Assembly: GCA_025786725.1 (NCBI GenBank)
Contig: JAHLTZ010000008.1
Location: 186,001 to 250,000, forward strand
DNA length: 64,000 nucleotides
Direction of reading: 5' to 3'
Source of the DNA: Syncephalis fuscata S228
Lineage: Eukaryota > Fungi > Zoopagomycota
Position numbers and translations under genes: made by a program. This document shows, piece after piece, positions 13,985 to 26,071 of this stretch; the first letter of the stretch is position 1, and every line of letters starts with the position of its first letter. Under the pieces are notes generated by a model. The model worked only from the letters and a program-made list of their open reading frames with translations, was not told the DNA's origin and did no database searches.

Positions 13985-16597
13985 ATGGCCAATGTTACAA
14001 AAGCGGCTGAATCCCTTATTTATCTACTTAAAGAGACCAACTATGCAGGTGTTGATGAATTGAAGGCTAGCACGTTAGAGTGGGCATTTGTTGGAGCAGA
14101 GGAATCTGAATCTGCAGGAGCCATTCTTAATTGGCTGACCTATTCACTAGACGCAGAAGAGAATGCACTAACAGACGAGGAAATAGACTGGTAAGTTGAC
14201 AGTTGATTGTTAATAGGCTATATATATATATATTGATTATGCATAGTTATCGGCAACTGTTAGAGGATGGTCTAGTAGACGAAGTAGGTGTTTGATGATA
14301 AAATTAAAAACGCGTATTAACTATTAAATGTAGCGAGAATTAACGGCAGTAGAAGTGGCTGAAGTATTTGGTACATCATTAAATGAGAAAAAGTAAAATA
14401 GATTTTACGTAAATACAAATATAAATATAAATAATAATATTGCTTAGAAAACACATTAAACAAGTAGAGGAAACGATTAAACGCTATGAAAAACACGAGA
14501 ATCGACTTGGACGACAATATACAGCAATGACGTAAATATGATATGATGTTGCTAGATTGTTATTTGACCTTTGTACATAGAAAAACACTTGAAGACTTGA
14601 AATTACGCGAAGATGAGTTACAAAAGCAATTACACCAATTGGAGCAGGAATTAGAGCGTCAAGAGGATGTTGCAATAGACAGTGCATCACTTTGGGTAAT
14701 TTATTGCTGCTTATTTATATGCAATTATAATAACTTACTGTTAACAAATAGTTTGATACAACACTTGAAGAGTCGGTCAAAGTAACGCAAAATCGACTAA
14801 AGGATATGGCACCTAGTGGTAGGATAATTCTTTAGTTGGCTATTGATAACTTACTTTAAATAGATACCAATAAACAGTATTTGTTCCATTGCCGAGAGGA
14901 ACTTGGACGAGTAGCCAAGGTGAATGAAAGATTTACAGGTCGAATTGAACAACTATTACAGCGCCAATTTACAAAAGTAAACTTTTATAGATGGTTAGAT
15001 AATTAGCTAATTAAATGACATTAAAGGTTACAAAAGACAGTGAGGAAGCGATATGTCATATTGCAGCAACACCGGAAACGGAAGTACTTGGTAAGAATGA
15101 CTTAATAGTAGTCTAGCTTTGTTTAAGCTATTAATGTTGAGTAATAGGCCCTACTTTGGAACAGAGGGCTTTAATGGATAATATAGTTAATGAATTAATG
15201 GATGCGTAAGTTTAAATCTATTATTAATTGTATAGTTGACATAAAATCACCTGTTAGCTATCCAAAAACACTACGTGCTTTTATAATAGCAGAAATAGAA
15301 AAAGAACAGCTACAAGGTCGTTGGGATGCATTACAAGTGGAGCTAGGTCGATTGGATACTGCATGGTCTGAGAATAACACAAACCTACGGTAGATAAAAT
15401 GTATGACTAGTTTATGATTTGTAATTAACCATGATATAGACATGTACTTGAACAGAGTTGTGAACGGAAAGAGAAACTACAAACGAAGGTTGCTGGACAC
15501 ACCTCAGATACAAATTTAAAACTTGGTGATTATCTTGGGCAGATAACACAGCAACGTATATACCAACCAATAGTTGCTTGTGCAAATGCTTGGTCTCTGC
15601 GTCAAAAACAGCACCGAATTGAACGTCTTGATATTGTATGTAGTTTATTTTTTATAATCATTAGATAGTATACTAATGAAATTTATTAGATAATAGATTT
15701 ACTATTAGAACAACATATACTCCATCAATTGCTAACCACAACATTCGATCTGGAACAGAAATATTGTATGAAATGTCAGAAAACTATTTTGCATTTATGT
15801 ACACGATTAGAACAGTGGTCAACAGTACACCAACAGCGAATGGTAAGTAGAAAATATAAATAGTATTGGTAATAAATAAATAACTAATGACTTGTAGAAT
15901 AAAATGAAGCATCCATTCTACTCAACTGGCATATCTCTAGAGGATAAACATAATGAAAAGGATAATGAATCGATGTTATCGGTGGACCAGCTTTTAAACC
16001 AAATAATCAGTTCTATTGGTGTAGAAGGAAAGGAAGGCGAAACTTTGGACGAAGATATAATTACTAAATCAATCTACTCGCCTCGTAATACAACATGTTC
16101 TATGGCATTGTCTCTAATGCATGAATTAAAGGAAACAAATAGACAGTTATCACAAGTATCGACTGAACGAAATGGACAGCTACACGATTTGTAAGTTAAA
16201 ATATTTAAAGTATAAAATACTAATGGCATTATAGACGACAAGCAAAAAACACAATTCATGAAATATTACAGCGTTTTTCATCAACCCACGACACACTCAA
16301 TTATCCTAAAGTAAGTTTTAAAACATATTAACATTAATACCATTTATTTGTTTATTTACTATGTAACGTTTAGGATGAGCTGGACCAAGCAGTAATACTT
16401 CGACAAAAGATTAACAAGCTACGGCCTTGTTTGGCCGAGATTGCCAAGGTAATTTCGCTTTATAATATCATCCAATCTACTTACTTCATTAACTATTATA
16501 ACAGAATCAGCAAGCTTCTAGTCTATTAACAGCTAAACGTGATATGTTTTGTGAATTTCTATTAAATTCAGATCAATTTATCGGTAATCGGTCATAG
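13985..16597 (+). CDS. HAUS augmin complex subunit 3-like coiled-coil protein, many short exons
   Basis: N-terminus LLKETNYAGVDELKASTLEWAF...ILNWL...ENALTDEEIDWYRQL resembles the HAUS3 N-terminus as I recall it. Coiled-coil body; ends KRDMFCEFLLNSDQFIGNRS*. Confidence 0.65.
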
Positions 16598-16745
16598 TAA
16601 TTATGTTAATAAAATAAATCAACTAGTAAAAACTTGATATTCACGACATTTAACACTTTTCGTTCTTTTCTATTGCTCCACCTTTTTGGTATAGTTATAT
16701 CACTACTGGCACTACTACCATTACCACGATAGTATTATTGTTGTC

Positions 16746-17104
16746 ATGTCATCAGAACCGGTAAATAGCGACACGAACTGCATAGTTTGGGATACACGTC
16801 ATCTAACTGATGGTTTATGCTGCAGATTCCTTTCCAGCCTCTATTTAAACCCGACTCGTTCGCGTTTTTGGCTATCATCACACTAATATTGGGTGCTCTA
16901 CTGTCATCGGCATTCAGCATGTATCCTTTTCAATAGATTAATAGCAATGCAGATAATATATTTTATACTTAACCATGTGTTCTACCTTCTAGTTCTTCGA
17001 AAACAAGCGGTGTAGCCAATCAAATGGCGTTGGCAGTTGGCGCTTCAACATTCCTAGGCGTTGGCGTGGTGTTTGCCTTTTCGGCGGTCGGCATTTACGT
17101 GTAG
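16746..17104 (+). CDS. OST5: Oligosaccharyltransferase subunit OST5/TMEM258, 3 exons
   Basis: Spliced MSSEP-IPFQPLFKPDSFAFLAIITLILG...ASTFLGVGVVFAFSAVGIYV*. Two TM helices and the typical GIYV end. Confidence 0.8.
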
Positions 17105-17286
17105 ACGTCAGTTCTGAAATGCCTGTTGCATTACTAACGCTTTGACCAGTGCTAGTTTTGCTAAAACTACTTTAAAATAACACTGTTGTTAAATATCACA
17201 TTAATGTCAATACTAGTATAATCATCGCAATAGTGTTTAAGTAGTCATAAATGAAGCGTGCAAATAGATATGTGCAATGCCAGTGT

Positions 17287-17828
17287 TTATTGTGGTTTTG
17301 AAAAACTAGCTGCAATACAAGTGTAGTCATTATAGTCAAAGTCTAATTTGACATCCAAAACGATCGCCCATTTCTTGCTATCGTTAGCCTGAAGCCAATT
17401 GGCTTTCTTGCTACGTTCGACAAACAATACACGACAACTGACTTGCCATAATACCATCCAAATAGCTTGGCTTGTCCTTTGTTGATTCGCCATATGCCTT
17501 CAACGCTCAGTCCACTTATGCCTAAATCACTTTTTTGTGTGGGAAGTTTAGTGAAGTCTTTAGTGGATTCAGCGATTGTAATTGCAGTGGGCGTTGCTGT
17601 TGCCAATGCTTTAAGTGGATCTGGTACTGTAGGAGATGGCTCTGACTTATCAAGCTTGTCAATCTTATTGAGTAAGAAAAATGGCATTGCATTGTCAGCT
17701 AAAATGCCTTGAATAGTATTGTCTGTAAAAGCGTTTTGGTCTGGAATAATTTGCTTTGCTAAAGCGCCAGCACTTAGAACTAGCAAGCAGACGCTCAAGG
17801 TAATACCAAAAATCGTTTTACGCATCAT
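17287..17828 (-). CDS. Secreted hypothetical protein (possible frameshift near 17390 joining ORFs 17343..17828 and 17287..17493)
   Basis: Signal peptide MMRKTIFGITLSVCLLVLSAGALA; intronless; no recognised domain. Confidence 0.6.
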
Positions 17829-18128
17829 AAAATGTTTGTTAAAGGTTTCTATTGAAGGTTCGAGGTTAAATTGAAGCCAAAAGAAAGAAAGATACTAGAC
17901 GAACAGACACATTACAAAATAACTTGCTAAATAAGTGCAAGAACACGGAATGTAGCATCTAAATGCGGCAATATCCTATTGCGGACACGGAGTTCAAATA
18001 ATGTATTAACGTTTCAATTTTAACAGGGTATTTTACACAAGTAAATAATTTGTATATTTATAGCTGTAAGATATATAGTCTATGGTAAAGAAAAGTAATA
18101 AAGCTGTAGCGGTGTAAAAGTGCTGCGT

Positions 18129-18913
18129 TTAAGCAGTTCTTTTTTGCACAGTGACATTCATCATACTATCCTTAGGACGAATGATGAATCGATGCCAGGG
18201 AGACATGTTAGCTCCAGGCACAAAAGTGAGATTAAAACGGCGCACGATGACAGCCAGTGAAACACGCAGCTCCACCCAAGCCAGACTAAAATGGAATGTG
18301 TTAATAAGAAAAGCGATTTAGACAACAGTTCCAAGTACCTGCGACCGACACATGCACGAACACCAATCGAAAAAGGCATAAAGTTCTGCTTCATTGCTTG
18401 TACGTTCTCCGGAGTTGTTAGCCATCGTTCGGGGATAAATTCCTCCGCTTTATCCCAATACTTCTCCGAGCGATGAATAAAATACGTTTGCGGAACAATA
18501 GTAGTCTATAAATGGCGATTAGTCTTGCGACCAAATAATAGAATAATCCATACTCACTCCTCCTGGAATAAACTGTCCACAAATCTCGGCACCTTCAGGT
18601 GGCACTACGCGATACGCATCACCAGAGGCTATTGAATGTAAACGAAGACCCTCATCACAGACAGCGTTAAGATAAGGCAGCTCCTTTACCGCAGCATGAT
18701 TTATGTAAGCATTAATGTCAGGGAACACTTCATCCAGCTCTTGTTGCAGCTTCTTCATGCAGGCTGCATTTTGAACTAGACTATATAATATCCTGTAATA
18801 TAGTTTGATTAATAAATTGTAAAAATACATTTAAACTAAATTACCATGTGAGAGCGGCAGATGTGGTATCCGTGCCAGCAATACTATACAATCCATATAA
18901 TAGCATTAATGTT

Positions 18914-18953
<40 letters not shown>

Positions 18954-20189
18954 GCATTGAAATAATAAACGTACATTTGAAGTACAAGCTCGGTAGCAAT
19001 TTGTCTGTCCTCAAGTTTATGATTTGTTTCCTCATCATAGGCATCAAGTAGTCTTTGTAGCGAATCTGCACGAGACGATCCTTGTTGTCTGCGTTGAACT
19101 GATTCTAGAGCAAACTTTATACAAATATTAGAAATGATTTTTTAGCTGCAAGTAACTTACATCAATAAGCTTTTTTTCACTTTCTCGATTTTTGTTGAAT
19201 AAAGAGGTATTGCTTATTGATCCTAATGCAGTTTTCTGTACCAGTATTAGAACAAATCAATTAAGACTATCCATTTAGCTTACATAAATTCCAAGCATTA
19301 GTGTATCATGAATCCAATCAAGAATTGGATGGCTGTCATCTTGAAGTAGCCCAAATGCTTTGCCAAACATGATTTCTCCCATAACATCCTACTTGGAATT
19401 AAAATCGAGCAAGTTTTTTTTCAAAACATACTACTTACAAACGTCATGTACGAAAAAAGATTAAACATATTTAACACTTCTTTTTGCTCTACACCTTTCT
19501 CTAAACGCTCAGCAAGAGCATAGACACCAGCATCAAGTACAATGTTTTCCATTTCATTTACTGCGCTAATAGTAAAGGCAGGAGCCACTAAGCGACGCTG
19601 TATCGAACAATTTAGCTAATACTATGTAAACAATGTTTCCCACTTACTCTTGTCTTAAAAAATTCTGGTTTTCTATAATTTTAAATAATATTAATGTATT
19701 AGTACTGATAATTATGGTACAAAGTCATAACTACCTTGTGGAAAAAAGATTATCTTCATTACCGAATTTAAATCCGTCGTAAATGGCACCTTTTTTAAAC
19801 CGATGGGTGCTTAGAATAGCGCGTAAAGCATCCGGGTCGGCAACACTGACAATATTAGGCGCTATTTATGAATTAGAACACTATTAAGCGTAAGAGTCGC
19901 GTTAAACTTACTAAGACGCATCACCGGGCCGTATTCCTCATGCAAGTCTTTCGCAACAAAGAGCTGAACGCCCTTCGCCAAATTGAAATTATACCAAAAA
20001 CCATTTACTCCTGTATACCATGGACCGGGAATATTTTTTAGTGGCGCGGTAGTTTTGCTGACCACATACTATTTCAGCATAGATAAGTATCCACGCTGCA
20101 GCCAAGGCAAAAACACTTACAGAATATGCCACATATGCAGCCACCGTCACCAGCAGCGTCTCGGTAGAAAGCAGAGTATCAAATATCAT
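18129..20189 (-). CDS. Cytochrome P450, multi-exon (CYP53-clan-like by inference)
   Basis: N-terminal TM plus IPGPW, I-helix AGTDTT, EGLR, PERW and heme motif FSIGVRACVG. Confidence 0.92.
18916..18953 (+). repeat. (AAT)n microsatellite inside a P450 intron
   Basis: Run of about 12 AAT/TAA units. Confidence 0.9.
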
Positions 20190-22401
20190 GACTATAATAA
20201 TAGAAATCAATGGCAGAAAATTGGCTTACTTGGTAAGGTTCTTAATGCTTGGACCATTTTATAAAAAGGCCCGCAACTACTTGTGGCACATGTTAGAACA
20301 CGGAAAAGGCGACTAAACATCAACATTTCCGCATATGGCAATCCACAGGTTAGGCCAGATGAAAGACCAGTACTATTGCAGATAGAAACTCGTAGACAAA
20401 GAACACATTTGAACGGCCACATGCATACGAAACCTCACAAGCCAACGTTGCTATAATACACGTTTTTCGGGAAAAGATTTTTGTAAATTACAGCAGGCTA
20501 AGGAGTTTACAAGTTGCAGACTTGAGGCAGATACGTTTGTGCATCACCCAGTAAAGAACAAGTCATCAGCTTAACTAATTTGGAAGTGTTGCAAGTTTAG
20601 CGGTATAGGCCCCATGCAAGTACTGGGCCCATGATACTATATTGGCCGCATAGCAAATACTAAATAGTAGTTATAGTATACAAATTGTTTCAGTACTTTT
20701 TTAGCCTCCATGTGGCTCGAACGTCCTACGCCGAGTATAAGCTTGGACATATATATAAAGACGTTCAAGTTATTGGTCCAAAATTGGGAACTGTGACGTT
20801 GCACTGGCGCCGATCATAAAAGTTATAGCAACATCCCATTCTAATTAGGAAAGCGTTACAAAAGCAATAACTATTATTGTGGCCGAGCAATCGACAAACG
20901 ATAACGTGCACGGATTTATGTATTTGTATGCGTACGTATATTTTTGTGTGTACATGTGTGTATATTTATTATTACGCTACTGTACATCGATTTAGCCATA
21001 AGTATAATATTTACTGCTAATTGGCACGAGTGCTAATAATGTTTATATATTTTTATATATTGTAGATACAAGGAAATATCTTTGATTTCAACGTAAATAA
21101 AACAAAGCTAGTTGATTCACTGTAATAAATGTGTGCTATATTATTCTTTCATTAATAATACTCTAGTCGATTGTTTATAAGTGCCATTGAATACGGTATA
21201 AATACGCTGTAGCAGAGGCTGGCGGCACTTATACAGTGAAACATCAGGGCATCAGTATGTTGCAGATATTGACATTCTATGTGGAGAATGCCAATAACCG
21301 GTTCAAACGGATAAAGCATGTGGGCTGCATTGCATGATTGATTTTTAACGCCATAAAAATATATGAAGTAAACAGCCCTTAACCACGCAGTTTGATTTTA
21401 TATGTAATACAAAAACATTGTTTTTATTGTAATGTCATAATATAGCAATATGCAGAATATTGTCCAAAGGCCTTCTATTAGGTAATACTAATTTGATTAA
21501 GCAAAGTAATACATAACGCTGTGTTTACAAACTATTCTATATTTTAACCATATAGCATTATTTTATGTTTATTATTCTGCTTAATAATAGCACACTAGTA
21601 GATAGATGCGCGTATAAAGCATGACCTTTATATGTGTTCCAAAAACACAAGCCAGTACCTGCTTCAATAGTATGCGCGAATAAATCTGCCATTGATGCGA
21701 CGGTCACACGCCACTCGGCTGCATAAAAATTATTGCAAACTTTGCGATAAGTAGCCTGCTATTGTAAGGATACGCCATAGTTTGGCGCAGACATTTGGTA
21801 GTAAAAACAAAGTCCGCTGCAGCTATTCCGCTACAAATCGATGGAGATAATTGCAGTATTAGTGCTACAGCCTGACTAGACAAAGAAGGGACTCAAGCAT
21901 GATGCTATTTTTAGCACATAATAATGGCTATTCAAGCAGGTACTTCTATGCCTGTTGCATTTTGATACAGGACTGCTTCTGATTTCACCGAACGAATATA
22001 CATTGGTTTGTTATTAACGTGCAATTTGATTGGGGAAAACAACAGTGTGATGCTGTCGTGTGGTATGGCCGTAAATGTGGTCAAAAACTATTTGGTGTAA
22101 CCGTTATGTTTTCATCAATGGAAAGGGCAACAACATGTTTGTTGATTGGTTAATTATATTGCCATTGAGCATCGTAAGATGCATAACTATTGTTGCATGA
22201 CATTTCACGCAATGACTATTATAGCATGCTATTCAAACACTATTGCAGTCGTGGGTTTAAATAGAGACCAGTTTAGGCTGAACTGACATTTTTACAGCAT
22301 ATTTCTTTTAACATCTTTACATCATACCACTTCTAACACTTGTCTGCTACTTTTACTAGCTACACAGCTTCTATCGTTTGCTTACTCATTTCGTTATCAA
22401 A

Positions 22402-23125
22402 ATGAAGGCATTCTCTGCTACTATCTGCATGTTATCATGGCCCTCGTAATGAGCATCGCCACAGTAGATGCTAAGCCAGCATTACAACCCGCAGGTAAGG
22501 TTCAGTTTATAAGTGCTGCTTTTGGCTAACAGCTTCGATATCTTTTGTTACATTACATTAATAGGCAGTAAGTAGGCATTAGTACCTAATATATAATGCT
22601 AACTACATCTTGTACAATAACCAACGTTACAGTCGGTAAGACAAAGTTTTAATGCAAATCCAAGACTTGAATGTATTTTATTTACTCATATCATTATGGC
22701 CAATCAAAATTAATAGGGCGTAAGTTAAAGTTTTGTTTAATCAGCATATAAATAACTAATGCTATTTTTTGCAATTTAACATCCATAGAATGTAAGTTGA
22801 AGTCTTAAATATCCAATTGGAACATCTACTTACTTTTACTTTTATTAAATTCGAACTACATATAAATAGCCTGTAGGTTTAATACTGAATAATGTCTAGT
22901 ATTAAAACACTAACTAATTATACCAATATTACTTTTATTTAATGTTGCTAGTTGGTAGGTCTAGTTTTAATTATCTTATGCAAAGCACTAATGTTTATCT
23001 TCTATTCATTGAATGGACCATCATTGATAGCTGGTAAGTTTTAATGAATTGTTATTTTACTATTTAATAGCGCTTATTTCTTTTTCTTAAATCCACTGTT
23101 AATAGCCAAAAAAGCGCCTAAATAA
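22402..23125 (+). CDS. Micro-exon gene: signal-peptide exon (22402-22494), seven 3-nt exons, terminal exon (23106-23125); predicted 44-aa secreted peptide
   Basis: 3-nt exons GCA 22565-67, TCG 22633-35, GGC 22717-19, AAT 22789-91, CCT 22870-72, TTG 22952-54, CTG 23031-33. Each is flanked by YAG and GTAAG/GTAGG, with 65-81-nt introns. Restoring one missing base near 22431 gives MKAFSATICxxIMALVMSIATVDAKPALQPAGIGQSFAAKKAPK*. Confidence 0.8.
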
Positions 23126-23775
23126 TCAACTCAAGATATTAATCATTTAAATATTGATTAATGCTAGCCACCTCAGATGATCAACACCGGTACACAGCAA
23201 ATTGTTTCCTTTTGAATAAACAATCAACTGTTAGTTTTAGAATATCGTCTTAATATTTTGTCTATAATATTACTTTAATACTCCTATTGATTTTTACAAT
23301 GTATTTAACAATATCAAATACTACATATTGCTATCTAAAAACAATGATTGATTAAAATTAAACCAACTAGTTAGCTAGAAACTGCAGCACAAATTAATAT
23401 AAATACGCCAACTAATGTAGCCATAATCTGCAATGCCATCAATTTAGCTCGTATAGAATGTCTAATTAAAATTCTAGTAACAAATCATTGCTTCACACAC
23501 AAACTTAATACATGTCATTTTAACAACTCATTGCAGCATTTCATTGACATAATATATTGTAAGTGTTATTAATATGTGATAAGAGATATCTATATGCATA
23601 CGAACAATGAAGAAAGAAAAGTCGTTAAAAGCATACGCTTGTTTAAAAATCGTAATAATTCGAGTAATGAGACCGGTCCGGCCGTTAGATTGTTGTAGCA
23701 CGCAAGCTGTACCAAAATGTCAACCGTTTTGCAACGCTGGTTTATCAAAAATTGGTTGGCTGCAGAGACGATGGC

Positions 23776-24414
23776 TTATAGCCAGCTCATGTTGTACATT
23801 TCGCTGCAGCGAATCTCACTGGCCGCTAAAGTCATGCGTTGTCGACCGCGACCAGTTCTACCTGTTGCATCTTGTCTCTGCTGGTATTCTGCATCCATTT
23901 TTCGCTGAATAGCAATATCGTCGCCATGTACGTACTTGCTCGCTGTGGGTGAGTTGTACTGCACCATGGCATTCTTACGCTCTCCCGGTACGCCGTACAT
24001 ACTGCCGCGATAATAGCCACTTGCCTCCACGCTTGGTGTAGTAGGTCCGTTTTCGATGGCTAAACGTGGAGTATCATCAGGAATGGTCTCCCACGACTTT
24101 GGTGTGGCAGGAAGTCCATAGCTGTCTTCATCGTCGTCATCGCCAAATCGCCAGCTACATCCATTATTTGACGCCGACGACTCGCTTGTTTGGCGTGGAA
24201 ATTTCGTTGTTTTGCTATGCAGCTGGATGTCATAGCTCATGTGCTTTCGCTGGATTTCCTGATGTAGATACTCGCCATCGCAGTAGTAACGTTCGTAGAA
24301 TTCGGCTGGTTTTTGGTCAAACTCAGAAACAAGCGCACGGCGGCGTTTGGTATAGCGGCCAACTTTCCAGTTGGTGTAAAAGTAGGACGACTTGATACGA
24401 TCAATTAAACCCAT
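23776..24414 (-). CDS. Hypothetical protein (212 aa), probably with a 5'-UTR intron
   Basis: GC-richer coding-like ORF. Donor-like GTAAGC near 24650 and an acceptor just upstream of the ATG. Confidence 0.7.
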   Translation of the reverse strand: MGLIDRIKSSYFYTNWKVGRYTKRRRALVSEFDQKPAEFYERYYCDGEYLHQEIQRKHMSYDIQLHSKTTKFPRQTSESSASNNGCSWRFGDDDDEDSYGLPATPKSWETIPDDTPRLAIENGPTTPSVEASGYYRGSMYGVPGERKNAMVQYNSPTASKYVHGDDIAIQRKMDAEYQQRQDATGRTGRGRQRMTLAASEIRCSEMYNMSWL

Positions 24415-26071
24415 ACTGAAAGTAGTATCTATTAAAAAAGAGCTATTTTCAAATAAAGATACATATGGTTAGTCGATATGTAAAGTCTATTAAGTAAGGC
24501 CACTGCTTGTATGCAGCAATAACAGATATGCAAGGCGGTAAGTCACACTACAGCTAGCTGACCAAGGTAATTTACACCATATGACACTGTCACATGCCAA
24601 TCATGCCACATACTAGTCAGCAGTCTATAAATCAATCACCGCTTAGTCGCTTACCTTGGATGATTTTACTGTCGACAAAGAAGAATGGAAGGAAATACCG
24701 ACAGAATTGTATATAATCGAGTAATGGAATAGCTGTAGTGACGGTGACAAAAGTAGCAGTGATTTGGGCGCGGAAAAGACGAGAGAGGTGTTTGTAGGCT
24801 GTAAGTACGAATATTATTAAGACGGGATCGGTATTAAGGAATAAAGATAAAAATTAAAAGAGAAAAGCAAGAGTAAGAACAAAAGAGTAAAAAATAGGTT
24901 GTACTTAAAAATAGTAATTAAATAAAACGGAATAAATGGATTGCTATTTCAGCAAAGTAAATACTAAAAAGGCATCGAAACGAACGAAAGAGGGGAGTTC
25001 CCATCAAGGCCTGGCAAATAGCCTTGCTTTGTGTCTTGCAGGGCTAGCAATGAGTTGTGCTCAATTTAGCAGGTCAAACTGGAAAGCAATAGCGCACTGA
25101 AGAATAACCAGTTATGTAAGTGTGATCACCCCAGCAATCATGCTTTGCATGTACATGTGACCCAAGTAGCTGTTGATTCTATATGCCAAGGTAGTGTCGA
25201 TGGCCGTGATGTCATTGACAGCTTCGATGGAGCTAGCAAAGAACTACAGGCCTTGAAGTATATGACGATGTCATGTACAACCACGTTTGTCATAACTTTG
25301 TTGAATAAATCGGTAATTATAGCATCCACCCTTATACAGGTAGTAATGTAGACTATTTATTATTGATGTGGCACAGAGGACAGTCTATAAGCAATACACA
25401 ACTGTAAAATTTACAATGAAATAACATAGCATTTGTTTACTTAGCTTTAGCTAATCATCTCCGCGTATTTGCGCAATTTTAATTGTAACTAAGTACCGAT
25501 TGCTGGAAATGAATTAAATTCAGAAGCGCTAGTTATGGTAGTTGAATTAACAAATATTACATTGAAAGAGTAAATAAGAGAATTGAAATATTTGATATCT
25601 ATCATAATACCATTCTATACTGAAATAAATATAATAGGTGTGTTTATAAAAGTGTTTATTAATATGTGCATCAAGTAGATCGATTAGCAACTAATTTACG
25701 TATTCCAACTAGTCTATTACTTAAACACTTACTACTTTAACGTATACAGTTTATTATAATATGCAATACATTTAATTAATTATTAATAAAAAATAGGCCA
25801 ACATAATCATAGTAATAATGAGTTTACATACAATGACGTTAATTAATCACGACATATCAAGGATAATTAAGCAACAAGCTTGGCCGATCATTTACTAGCA
25901 TGTCAATCATAAACAGTGCATAGCAAGTTCGTGCATGTTTGATCGGCTGTAGATTGTTTTTGTTATACTTGATACAATGCAATAATCATGGAATAATAAA
26001 TTTAACTTTGAATTTATTAAATTTGAGATATAAAAAGCTATTGTTTATGTATAATATCTCATAGCACGTCA

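Noticed and set aside
22495-23150. Phase-0 or phase-2 readings of the micro-exons (ASGNPLL-PKKR... or RHRAILCCQKSA)
   Set aside because: Each needs an additional indel in exon 1. Phase 1 follows from the signal-peptide frame and matches the length and C-terminus of the intronless paralogue. Not fully excluded without cDNA.
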